Of a stretch of 64,000 bases of DNA, positions 9,473-18,409 are shown piece after piece. Under the pieces are notes generated by a model, which was given only the letters and a program-made list of their open reading frames with translations, ran no database searches and was not told the origin of the DNA. Source of the stretch: Candidatus Aenigmatarchaeota archaeon. Its GTDB lineage: Archaea; Aenigmatarchaeota; Aenigmatarchaeia; CG10238-14; SCSR01. The stretch spans positions 132,821 to 196,820 of the forward strand of contig JACPJT010000007.1 of NCBI GenBank assembly GCA_016187415.1. Reading direction: 5' to 3'. Within the stretch, counting starts at the first letter, position 1, and every line of letters starts with the position of its first letter. The translations under genes and the position numbers were made by a program.

Positions 9473-10549
9473 TTATTCAAATACCAAAATGTAAGTCACA
9501 AAACTATCATTCTCAAGGGCTCTGCATAACATTTTGTTCTCATAAATTTTGTCCATAACAGTACAAGGTGTTGATAATACCTTCTCTTTTCCAGTGGACA
9601 AATCGTGTATAATTAGTTGCTCATTCACAGCATATCCGTCACTATCCCATCGGAACTTTTGGTAAAATACAAAATTTTTATAAATCATCGGTTTAATTTC
9701 TACAGTGTCTTGCTGTGTAGTAACATGGGTTTCCTCACCAGTAGAAAAGTCGTATGCATAAATGTCATTGTTCATTTTACCGTTCCTATTGTCAGACCAA
9801 ACAATGGTATTTTCATACATGAATGGGCTTGATTGTGCAAGTGAACTTTCTATTATTTGGGTGGAGTTGTCTGGTATGTTGTATACCAAGATATCATCCC
9901 CATAGGTTCCAATCAGTTTATAATCATAGATTTGTGATACGGATATTCCAATAGTATCGGTTGGGTCTGGATCTAAATATAGTCGAGTAGTTTCCTTGCT
10001 CGTTAGATTATAGACATACCACACATAACGGCCATTTTCATCATGTCCTCTCAAAACCAATATTTCATTGTAAAAACCTACCGCTTCTGGTGCAGGTTTG
10101 ATAGTTTTGATTTCAAGCTTCTTTTCTTTGCCACTAATGATGTTATAACTGAATATTTCTCCATATTCAAATCTGTTATCACTCCAAATGATATTATTTC
10201 CATAAATTCGTGGATGATTTTGGTCTGAATTGTCAAAAGTTATCTGGGTGGTTTTGCCAGATGGGATGTCATATAAGAAAATGTCATTGTTGCCAGAAGA
10301 TGAGCCCTCGAAAACAACCTTGTCACCATAGATATCAGAGTTACCAGTGTCGTCAGGTAATTTGATTGTCTTGAATTTACCGAACTCTTCAATTGAAGTT
10401 TCTTTAGTTTCAGTTAGTTGAGAAGACCCTATGGCTTTGCCAGTGATTTTACTCGTTTCGGTTTCTGGCGATGGCACTAAAATGCCTATGGCAACAAGAA
10501 GAAATACAATGACTAAAACTCCAATGCCTATCTTTTTCCACAGATTCAT
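9473..10549 (-). CDS. Secreted WD40-like beta-propeller (PD40/TolB-like) protein
   Basis: An N-terminal TM/signal sequence precedes repeated 'D..IYGD.VV....G..DIFLYDI.SGK..QIT' PD40-like units. Confidence 0.55.
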   Translation of the reverse strand: MNLWKKIGIGVLVIVFLLVAIGILVPSPETETSKITGKAIGSSQLTETKETSIEEFGKFKTIKLPDDTGNSDIYGDKVVFEGSSSGNNDIFLYDIPSGKTTQITFDNSDQNHPRIYGNNIIWSDNRFEYGEIFSYNIISGKEKKLEIKTIKPAPEAVGFYNEILVLRGHDENGRYVWYVYNLTSKETTRLYLDPDPTDTIGISVSQIYDYKLIGTYGDDILVYNIPDNSTQIIESSLAQSSPFMYENTIVWSDNRNGKMNNDIYAYDFSTGEETHVTTQQDTVEIKPMIYKNFVFYQKFRWDSDGYAVNEQLIIHDLSTGKEKVLSTPCTVMDKIYENKMLCRALENDSFVTYILVFE

Positions 10550-10646
10550 TTTAATAGTCTATCGGCAGTCATCCTTATAAATACTATACTCAAAGGATAC
10601 TGAACGTAAGTCAATCAAACTCTTTATCGTAAACTCACTTTAATAT

Positions 10647-10913
10647 ATGTTATGGGATGACGTCAGTTTTGTTCTTGGTAGTCCTTTAGCCAAGAAGATA
10701 CTAATAGTTATAAATGAGTCGAAAGAACCCATCGCTCCTGTCCAGATTTCCAAGCTAACTAAAATACAAAGAACGAATGTTAGCAAAAAGTTGATACCGC
10801 TTGTGGAAAAGAAGCTTGTAATATGTGTTAATCCTGAATCAAGAAAATGGCGGTTTTACGAAATCACTCCGAAAGGTAGAGAAGTTCTGGAGAAATTAAA
10901 CCGAATGCAGTGA
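10647..10913 (+). CDS. Small winged-helix DNA-binding protein
   Basis: The 88-aa product reads 'ISKLTKIQRTNVSKKLIPLVEKKLV...', a wHTH pattern. Confidence 0.45.
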   Translation: MLWDDVSFVLGSPLAKKILIVINESKEPIAPVQISKLTKIQRTNVSKKLIPLVEKKLVICVNPESRKWRFYEITPKGREVLEKLNRMQ

Positions 10914-11365
10914 TTTAACAGTACCAACCCGCCAAGTGGTGATGTACATTTTATCTCTTAAAAATATACCTTCTTTTGTCAGATAATCTTGTAAATTTTG
11001 TTTGTCCGCAAAAGAGAGACACTTAGTACCTTTGTCAATCACCACTTTCAATTAAAAAGGAAATATAGCATTTATTTCGACAAAATATGGATTATTTTTC
11101 TCTCTTTCGATTACTTTTATCTGTTCACTTTGTTAGATATTGTTCTTAGTTTTGGTTTTTTGATTGTATTATTAGGTACAAAAAAGTAGTTTTTTTTGTG
11201 TATGTTTCATGTATTCAAAAGTGTGTAGTGTGTTTGTGGGGATACTCGGAGTAGTCACAATGAATACAAATTGTGGTTTTGCCATTAGGATATGCAGACT
11301 TTTTACAAGTTCTATCTCTGCCCAAAAATGACAATCTAATAAATAAAGAAAATGTATCTAAACTC

Positions 11366-12172
11366 ATGAGTGAGTTAATAAAAGCTGACCAGAAACAACT
11401 TTTGATAGCCACCCTCAACAAAAGGGGATTTATCTTGGAGAAAAAGGCTTGGCAAATTTTGTTCAACTTCAGAATGGAAAGGTCGGGCATACAAGATGCA
11501 CTTTTGGGCATCGAAAGAAATGTGCTAAGAGGCAGGCAAATAGAACCCGATGAAACATCTGAAACAGACTTGGTTTTTCATGGTGCGTATTATGTTGCCA
11601 TCATAGAATGCAAAAGAACCGATTATACTTGGATTTTTACTAAATCTAACAATAGCACGGTAAATATAATATCACACGGTTATGGTGGGGTAAAACGAAG
11701 ACCAAAAAATTTACCAGAGTTTACGGTAGTTGATTCCAACATAGCTGTTATGGTCGAAGGTGATGGTACACTTAGAACCACAAACAAATCAAGTGATTAT
11801 GCCCAAACGTCATATAAGGAAATTGATGATTACGCATACCAGCTTTTAAGGAATTTAGATTCCCGCTTGGGTATTACGGCGGGACATTTTCCAGAGGAGT
11901 TTAACGGTAAAAGCTTTCCTCCGATACTGTTGACAAATGCCAAGTTAGGTGTCTTGGAGTTTGGCGACTCACAAATAAATGATAAAGGAGATTTAACAGA
12001 TTACAATAACTTGTCCGAGTTTCCTTTCTTCGCTTACAATAAACAAGCTATTATGGCGTTCGATCAGAACAATGAAACCGATTTCACCAAAACTATTTTT
12101 ATAGTGAACATCGAGCACCTAAACGAATTTTTGGAACTTTATGGGAGTATGGAAGTTTCGAGGTTTCAGTAG
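11366..12172 (+). CDS. Hypothetical protein with a possible PD-(D/E)xK nuclease core. The ORF is open from 11273.
   Basis: 'ETDLVFHGAYYVAIIECKRTDY' fits a D...E-x-K restriction-endonuclease-like motif. This rests on motif inspection only. Confidence 0.35.
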   Translation: MSELIKADQKQLLIATLNKRGFILEKKAWQILFNFRMERSGIQDALLGIERNVLRGRQIEPDETSETDLVFHGAYYVAIIECKRTDYTWIFTKSNNSTVNIISHGYGGVKRRPKNLPEFTVVDSNIAVMVEGDGTLRTTNKSSDYAQTSYKEIDDYAYQLLRNLDSRLGITAGHFPEEFNGKSFPPILLTNAKLGVLEFGDSQINDKGDLTDYNNLSEFPFFAYNKQAIMAFDQNNETDFTKTIFIVNIEHLNEFLELYGSMEVSRFQ

Positions 12173-12224
12173 AATCTTCGTCGGCTCAAAATCTCACTAA
12201 GATTTGTGTGTGTGGCTTTGAACA

Positions 12225-13049
12225 CTAGCTAAACAATCTTTTAAACTCCTCAGGAATTTCAACAATACGTCTTCGTTTCAACTCAGTGATTTCCTCATAC
12301 TCTTCTTCGATTAGAATATCTGCTAAAAGTAGTGCAAGTCTTTGTGGAAAAATAGTTGTTAGAAGTTTGAATATCAACGTATACGGTATGCATTTGGAAA
12401 CTGTCACACGATAGAAGGATTCTTTATCCCATGTTCTTCCAGTTGCATTATCAGAATACCATTGCCACTTTTCTTCTATACGCCCTAGGACTTTGTCTAA
12501 ACTGTTGAGTGTAGCATCTTTAATTGGGAAAAATTGGTTGAAATGACTCCAAAGTTCATTTTGACTATCATCATATGCATGCCTTTCATAACTTAACTTT
12601 GTACTTACCATATCAATTAGAACAGATTTGACACCATCTACAAAGGAAGAATGTTTGGATACATCTTCTCTCACACTATGGAAATCAAAAAAATATTCAA
12701 GGTAACGAATTTCCTTCTCACTAAATGTTGTCTTGAACTCTTTTTTCATGAAATCGAAAAATGGCTTAAGAGTTCCCCTATAACATTGTGTTGTACGCAT
12801 CCTCACACATTTTTTACCGGAGTTGTAGGTTATGGAGTGCGGTAATTTTCTTATGGTACTTTCTAAATAACTTTCCTTCTGAAATTTTTCCCAGTACTTA
12901 ACAACCAAGGGGATGATTCTCCCTCTTGATTTCTTAACCGCTTTCTTTTCTGTCTTTGGATAGAGCTTGTTCGAAGTAGTAACTGTAGTATTCCAGTCTC
13001 TAAAGAACTCATTAAATATTCTATTTTCAGCAGGATTGTTACTAAGCAT
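12225..13049 (-). CDS. Hypothetical protein
   Basis: The ORF is 274 aa long. No motif was recognised. Confidence 0.4.
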   Translation of the reverse strand: MLSNNPAENRIFNEFFRDWNTTVTTSNKLYPKTEKKAVKKSRGRIIPLVVKYWEKFQKESYLESTIRKLPHSITYNSGKKCVRMRTTQCYRGTLKPFFDFMKKEFKTTFSEKEIRYLEYFFDFHSVREDVSKHSSFVDGVKSVLIDMVSTKLSYERHAYDDSQNELWSHFNQFFPIKDATLNSLDKVLGRIEEKWQWYSDNATGRTWDKESFYRVTVSKCIPYTLIFKLLTTIFPQRLALLLADILIEEEYEEITELKRRRIVEIPEEFKRLFS

Positions 13050-13099
13050 ACCAATTCAGTATAGTAACTGAATTTATAAGCGTTTTCCATTGTCTAATA

Positions 13100-13303
13100 A
13101 TGCAAAACAGAACCAGAGTAATTGGTGTAAGGTTTCAGCCTAAACAGGCAAACTTGTTAGCAGAAGTTTGCGATTCGAGAGGGGAAGACGTATCGGATTT
13201 TGTCAGGAGGTCTGTCTTAACAGAACTGGCAAAGCTGTCTTATTTTGGAGTTTCTGAGAAGAAGGCATTAGGTGTTGTGGGTGTCAAAGATAACAGCGAA
13301 TGA
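13100..13303 (+). CDS. Ribbon-helix-helix (CopG/Arc-like) protein
   Basis: 'RVIGVRFQPKQANLLAEVCDSRGEDVSDFVRRSVLTEL' is the RHH beta-alpha-alpha pattern. It lies immediately upstream of the primase-helicase gene. Confidence 0.5.
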   Translation: MQNRTRVIGVRFQPKQANLLAEVCDSRGEDVSDFVRRSVLTELAKLSYFGVSEKKALGVVGVKDNSE

Positions 13304-13336
13304 AGCGGACGATGAGATTGAGGAACGAGACCCGCC

Positions 13337-15133
13337 GTGGTTCCGTATTTTCCTCGAAGCATACCGGAAGCAGAAAAAATTTTCGGAGGATGTGATTCTA
13401 TTAACGAAGTCATGAAAGCATTACTTGAAATAATCAAGAAGAAGCAAATTACAAAATCTAATCTTTTGCAGGAATTCAAATCAGCTACTCCTGAGTTGGT
13501 AGAGGGTCTACCTAAGAAAGACAATGTGGCCACTACATGGTTGAGCAAACACCTGCATGGTTTTGTTAAAGAAGACAAAGATGGAGTCTTAGTTCTAAAT
13601 CAAGAAGGCAATGAACAACTGAGAAAATTCTTGAACGAGACAGATGAGTATTCCACTCCAGAGAAGTTTTTCCAAAAAGAAGGTAACATCGGTAAATTTG
13701 TGCCGAAGTTATTGGCAGAAGCTATAATGGAAAAGACACAGTTCATCACACTCAACGATACCCAAGAGGTTTATTTTTATGATGCAGTGGAAGGTATTTG
13801 GAAACCCAATGGAGAAACTTTAATCAGGGCAACCGGTACAGTTTTTTTAGAAGATAAGACGCAACAACATTTTTTAAACGAGACTTTGGATTACATAAAG
13901 AGTCGCACGTACAAAGACAGAACTATATTCGATAACCAAAATCCAAACTTCTTACCATTGCAGAATGGCATATTGGATATAGAAAAACGAACATTACTGC
14001 CTTACAATCCCGATTTCTTCTTTACTTCGAAACTCGGAATCAAATACGATCCTGATGTGGACTGCCAGAAAATTAAGAAATTTCTCAGTGAAATAGTATC
14101 ACCGGACGATGTGAATTTGCTAATAGAGACAGCAGGCTACTGTCTTTGGAGGGAGTACCCTATCCAAAAGGCTGTTATGCTGGTTGGTGATGGTGCTAAT
14201 GGCAAGTCGACTTATCTAAGCTTATTAGGTAGATTTATTGGGTCAGAAAATATTGCGTCTGTGTCATTACAAGACTTGGAAAGAAACAGGTTTGCAAGCT
14301 CTAACCTCTACAGAAAACTTGCGAATATCTATGCCGATTTACCAAGTGTGGCATTGAAGAATGTCGGATTGTTTAAGATGCTAACAGGCGGCGACATATT
14401 TGCGGCAGAAAAAAAGTTCAAGAATTCCTTTCAATTCAGAAATCACGCCAAATTAATCTTTTCGGCAAATCAAGTTCCGTACGTCGCCGACGAAACTGGG
14501 GCATTTTATCGTCGGTGGGTTATCATAAATTTTCCCTTTAAATTCGAAGGTGACAAGTCAAATCTGATGATTTTACAGGAACTTGTTACTGAAGATGAAC
14601 TCAGCGGATTTCTTAATCTGGTTATTCCCGCATTAAACAAAGTCTTGAAAGAAGGATTTTCCTACATCAAGTCCACCGAAGAAATCAAGCGAGCTTACAT
14701 ACGTGCAAGCGATCCGATTGCAGCATTTGCAAGTGACTGTCTAATAGAGTCGCCAGAAGACGTTGTACCAAAGGATGATGTGTACAACTCGTATATGAAC
14801 TATTGTAGAATCAACAAGTTGCCTATTGTTGCAAATTCTGCATTTGCCAAAAATCTACGTCGCTATGTTTCAATCAGTGAAACCAGACCTAAAATAGATA
14901 ACGATAGAGTTCAGTGTTGGCAAGGAATTAAGCTGGTCAATCCTGTCAACGATGTCAAGGGTGCTTCCAACCTTAATTCTTTTTCAGTTGTGGGAGAAAG
15001 TAAAATAGAAGATAAGGTTGACATACCTGACGTCTCTGACAATGGTGTTTGTGAATATTGTGGTCAACATACTAAGGTTCAAAAATTCAAAGGTAGGTAC
15101 ATCTGTAAATTATGCATTACGAATGTGGCATAG
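13337..15133 (+). CDS. Plasmid/virus-type primase-helicase (D5 N-terminal-like plus P4-family SF3 helicase C-terminal domain) with a C-terminal Zn-ribbon
   Basis: The Walker A reads 'VMLVGDGANGKSTYLSLL' and the Walker B-like segment reads 'IYADLPSV'. The C-terminus is 'CEYCGQ...CKLC'. The 598-aa length fits archaeal integrated-plasmid replication proteins. Confidence 0.7.
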   Translation: MVPYFPRSIPEAEKIFGGCDSINEVMKALLEIIKKKQITKSNLLQEFKSATPELVEGLPKKDNVATTWLSKHLHGFVKEDKDGVLVLNQEGNEQLRKFLNETDEYSTPEKFFQKEGNIGKFVPKLLAEAIMEKTQFITLNDTQEVYFYDAVEGIWKPNGETLIRATGTVFLEDKTQQHFLNETLDYIKSRTYKDRTIFDNQNPNFLPLQNGILDIEKRTLLPYNPDFFFTSKLGIKYDPDVDCQKIKKFLSEIVSPDDVNLLIETAGYCLWREYPIQKAVMLVGDGANGKSTYLSLLGRFIGSENIASVSLQDLERNRFASSNLYRKLANIYADLPSVALKNVGLFKMLTGGDIFAAEKKFKNSFQFRNHAKLIFSANQVPYVADETGAFYRRWVIINFPFKFEGDKSNLMILQELVTEDELSGFLNLVIPALNKVLKEGFSYIKSTEEIKRAYIRASDPIAAFASDCLIESPEDVVPKDDVYNSYMNYCRINKLPIVANSAFAKNLRRYVSISETRPKIDNDRVQCWQGIKLVNPVNDVKGASNLNSFSVVGESKIEDKVDIPDVSDNGVCEYCGQHTKVQKFKGRYICKLCITNVA

Positions 15134-15164
15134 AATATTTATATCTGATCAATAATTATTCTAT

Positions 15165-15695
15165 ATGGAGAGTCGGGAAGAGCTCGAAGAAAAAGTCAAG
15201 AAAGGAATTTATACTGTATCTACTACACCAAGACCAGACTTGCCCAAAGAGGTGCATTATCCGCCATGGATGTATCCTGAAATGTACCCTGAAAGATACC
15301 AAGACCTCAGCAAAATAACTTCAACAGTTAGTGTAAGTGGAACAACAATTATATTCGAAAAACCAACAACAGGTGAGAATTTTGCAGTTTCTATTACTCC
15401 TTCTAAAGACAACACAGAAAGAAGTCTGATAATTACATCTAATGGCAATTTAGTAGAAAAGAAAAAATTATGGGACAGGAACTTAGGCTCTAAAGATGCT
15501 GTAAAGACGTTGATGGAATGGGGCGCTGGGACAAAAGAAATTGGTGAATTAAGCGATTTTATAGATACCAGACTGCGAACTGTCAACATAGAAAAAGAAA
15601 ATCGTGTTCGGGCTGGCTTAGACATATCTGATTCAGGTATATCAGGTAGTGTATCAGCCGAACGAAAGGAAAAGAAAGAGACTGTTAGTTCTTAA
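15165..15695 (+). CDS. Hypothetical protein
   Basis: The ORF is 176 aa long. No motif was recognised. Confidence 0.35.
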   Translation: MESREELEEKVKKGIYTVSTTPRPDLPKEVHYPPWMYPEMYPERYQDLSKITSTVSVSGTTIIFEKPTTGENFAVSITPSKDNTERSLIITSNGNLVEKKKLWDRNLGSKDAVKTLMEWGAGTKEIGELSDFIDTRLRTVNIEKENRVRAGLDISDSGISGSVSAERKEKKETVSS

Positions 15696-15877
15696 TATTC
15701 TGCAAGAAAACTTGTAGCTTTCCTAAAATTTCCGGAATTGTTGACCTTTTGCCGAATGAATGGGGATAAAGGAACTATGAGATTCTCCTCGCCAAATGGG
15801 GATTTCAGCTTCAGACCAAGAATTGAAATACGGCAGCTTACCTTTTTGCTTGCCGCCACTCTCGGTTTTCTTTAAAC

Positions 15878-16348
15878 GTGATTAAAATGAAAAAGAAGAC
15901 GGAAATAAGATTAGAGAGGAAATTCCTATCCGCGCCCCTTCATCATATAGACACTTCGGTAGTCAGAGAAAATCCCACTACCCAAAATGGGAGATATTGC
16001 GTAGCTTATCTGAATATAGTAGGTACTAAATATAGAGGAAAATTTTCTATACCGATGCCGGGAAAATATCTGCTTAGTACATTCAATGTTCATGATTATT
16101 CTAAACGAGTAGATCTTCTCGAAGTCATCTACAGCTTGATTAAAAAAAGAGAAATAGAACTGGTTAGCATAAACAATATAGAAAAAACCACCGAGAGAAT
16201 ATATGGAGCTGATAGACTGATACCCGCTTCCGCAATCGAGGATGATGCTGAAACATTTATTACATTAGATGAAGATTTGATTCATAACGAAACAATAGAA
16301 AGAGAATTCACCATAGAGATAAGGCATCCTAAAGAGAAGTTATCATAA
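15878..16348 (+). CDS. Hypothetical protein
   Basis: The ORF is 156 aa long. No motif was recognised. Confidence 0.35.
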   Translation: MIKMKKKTEIRLERKFLSAPLHHIDTSVVRENPTTQNGRYCVAYLNIVGTKYRGKFSIPMPGKYLLSTFNVHDYSKRVDLLEVIYSLIKKREIELVSINNIEKTTERIYGADRLIPASAIEDDAETFITLDEDLIHNETIEREFTIEIRHPKEKLS

Positions 16349-16495
16349 TCTTAGTTTTTTTTGTACTTTTTGAAGCTCATCAAAAGCGCCACTTTTCAGG
16401 GCCCTTTGATACACTCTTTCCAATTCTGGATCATCAAACATTTTTTTATATTTCATATTATCACACTACAATTAATTCTGTTGTTTATAAATAAA

Positions 16496-16567
16496 TGGGT
16501 CCGTCCAGAATTGAACTGGAGTCTCCACCTTGTAAGGGTGGCATCCTAGCCACTAGACTACGAACCC
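16496..16567 (-). tRNA. tRNA-Val (anticodon TAC), no intron
   Basis: The reverse-strand cloverleaf is GGGTTCG/CGGACCC acceptor, anticodon arm CCACC-CTTACAA-GGTGG, T-arm GACTCC-AGTTCAATTC-TGGA, discriminator A. Confidence 0.8.
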
Positions 16568-16605
16568 GTATGATAAATAAAACTTTCACTATTTAAATTA
16601 TATTA

Positions 16606-17052
16606 ATGAGAATAAGAGAACTAAAACGATCGGATTCTAAAGATATTTCGACCATTTCAAAAATTCTTTCTAAGTATTTTACTCCAGCGGCTAGAAGAAA
16701 TATTAGAAGAGTGTGTAAAACTCAAAATGGTTTTGTAGTAGTTGAGGAAAGAGTAATAGGATTCCTTCTTTACAGAAAATGGAAATACACCGCTGTAATA
16801 ACATGGATGGGGGTTTTGCCAGAATATCAGAATAAAGGAATAGGAAAAAGTTTATTAAAGACTCTTGAAAATGAACTAAGAAAACACGGCATTAGCGAAC
16901 TGAGAGTCTCCACTTTAGCACCGACTGTTAAATATAAGCCGTATGAGAAGACGAGGAGATTTTATTTCAAAAATGGGTTTCAGAAATACAGAATTGATAA
17001 GAAATTTTATCCAGATGGTTCTGACAGGCTTGTTCTTTTGAAGGATATTTAA
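16606..17052 (+). CDS. GNAT-family N-acetyltransferase
   Basis: 'GVLPEYQNKGIGKSLLKTLENELRKHG' is the acetyl-CoA binding motif A. Confidence 0.7.
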   Translation: MRIRELKRSDSKDISTISKILSKYFTPAARRNIRRVCKTQNGFVVVEERVIGFLLYRKWKYTAVITWMGVLPEYQNKGIGKSLLKTLENELRKHGISELRVSTLAPTVKYKPYEKTRRFYFKNGFQKYRIDKKFYPDGSDRLVLLKDI

Positions 17053-17198
17053 TTAAGAAACAAATCAGGTTTTCTAACCGAAACTAGTCGGTATTTGGTT
17101 GCAGTAACCAAAAAAAGTTCTATTTTACTTACTTTGTAAAACATGTGGGAAATGACCCCCTACGAAAAATGGTATAATATAAACTTTAATCTATTTTT

Positions 17199-17843
17199 AT
17201 GGAATTTCCAGACAAGCTAAATAAAAATTTAGCGGAATTCATTGGCATATTGTTAGGCGATGGCTCAATTTCCAACACCTACCAGTATAGAGTTCAGATA
17301 ACTCTGAATGAAAATGAGATTGAATATAGAAAGCATGTTATAAAAACAATAAGAGAACTTTTTAATCTTGAACCTCGAGTATTCTTTAGAAAGGGTGAAA
17401 GAGCAGTAGACATACAATTATTTAACCAAAAATTAATTGATTTCATGATTAATGATATTGGGTTAGTTACAGCACCAAAATGGCAAAGAGCAGTGATACC
17501 ATCTACATATCTAAATACGGATTTGGAAAAAGATATTTTACGAGGATATTTTGATACTGATGGCAGTGTTGTGTTAGCAAAAAATAATGGAACCTTGTAT
17601 CCAAGATTAGAAATGAAAATATCACCATCTCCAATGCAAAAATCATTTATAGAGATTTTAGAAAGGACTGGAATCAGATTCGGAGTGTATAATATAGGAA
17701 GAGGCAAAGTCAGAGTCCAAATTAATGGAATTAAACAAATCCAAAAATGGATGAATCAAATCGGAATTAATAACAAGAATCAATCTGAAAGATTAAAAAA
17801 GATAGCGGGAGAAGGATTTGAACCTTCGACCTCCGGGTTATGA
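17199..17843 (+). CDS. LAGLIDADG-family (double-motif) homing endonuclease-like protein
   Basis: Two LAGLIDADG motifs are present: 'FIGILLGDGSI' and 'LRGYFDTDGSV'. The 3' end overlaps the tRNA-iMet gene on the opposite strand. Confidence 0.65.
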   Translation: MEFPDKLNKNLAEFIGILLGDGSISNTYQYRVQITLNENEIEYRKHVIKTIRELFNLEPRVFFRKGERAVDIQLFNQKLIDFMINDIGLVTAPKWQRAVIPSTYLNTDLEKDILRGYFDTDGSVVLAKNNGTLYPRLEMKISPSPMQKSFIEILERTGIRFGVYNIGRGKVRVQINGIKQIQKWMNQIGINNKNQSERLKKIAGEGFEPSTSGL

Positions 17844-17941
17844 GCCTATCGCAAATGCTACCCTTATAGTAGACATTTTCGACGAGCACTCCAGGCTGCT
17901 CTATCCATATAGGGTTACCCTCGCTATGATAGCATCCCGCT
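17803..17941 (-). tRNA. Initiator tRNA-Met (CAT) with two non-canonical introns
   Basis: The reverse strand reads AGCGGGATG [31-nt insert] GAGCAGCCTGGAGTGCTCGTCG [32-nt insert] GGCTCATAACCCGGAGGTCGAAGGTTCAAATCCTTCTCCCGCT + A. The spliced sequence matches the archaeal tRNAiMet consensus (A1:U72, GGGCUCAUAACCC anticodon arm). Confidence 0.65.
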
Positions 17942-17994
17942 TTTTCAGTATTATGATCCATCCTTTAAATTATTTAAATGGCCTATGTATTTCT

Positions 17995-18408
17995 ATGAAA
18001 ACTCGATATGAGGTTCAGGCTATTATTTTTGATGAAGAAAGCGGCGAAAAAAAGGCCTTTTTGATACATGTCTACGATCCCAAGACAAAGAAGCGCACGT
18101 GGAGATTGGTCAAGGGCGGCATAGAAAAGGGGGAAACCGACGAGCAGGCGCTGAAAAGGGAAATCATGGAAGAAGTGACGCTTGCTGATGTCCAGCCGAT
18201 AAAGAAAATCTATAACTACGATTTTGTTCATGAAGACACGCACCACATGGTGGCAAGTTATCTTGTGAAAGGCAACATGAGCGAGAAACCGAAGCTGAAC
18301 ATGGACGGCAGCCGAGAGATTATCGACTCAAGATGGGTTTCTCCGAAGGATGCAATCCGACTTCTTTTCTGGGACAATGAAAAACATGTTGTTGGACTCT
18401 TAAAATAA
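17995..18408 (+). CDS. NUDIX hydrolase
   Basis: The Nudix box reads 'GGIEKGETDEQALKREIMEEVTL'. The ORF is open from 17818 but that stretch overlaps the tRNA, so the start is set at the Met at 17995. Confidence 0.65.
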   Translation: MKTRYEVQAIIFDEESGEKKAFLIHVYDPKTKKRTWRLVKGGIEKGETDEQALKREIMEEVTLADVQPIKKIYNYDFVHEDTHHMVASYLVKGNMSEKPKLNMDGSREIIDSRWVSPKDAIRLLFWDNEKHVVGLLK

Positions 18409-18409
18409 A

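Noticed and set aside
16361-16549. 62-aa ORF on the plus strand
   Set aside because: It overlaps the tRNA-Val gene on the opposite strand and has low-complexity hydrophobic sequence, so it is most likely spurious.
17818-17994. Upstream part of the NUDIX ORF
   Set aside because: It overlaps the tRNA-iMet gene, and the translated sequence is low-complexity. The start was moved to Met 17995.
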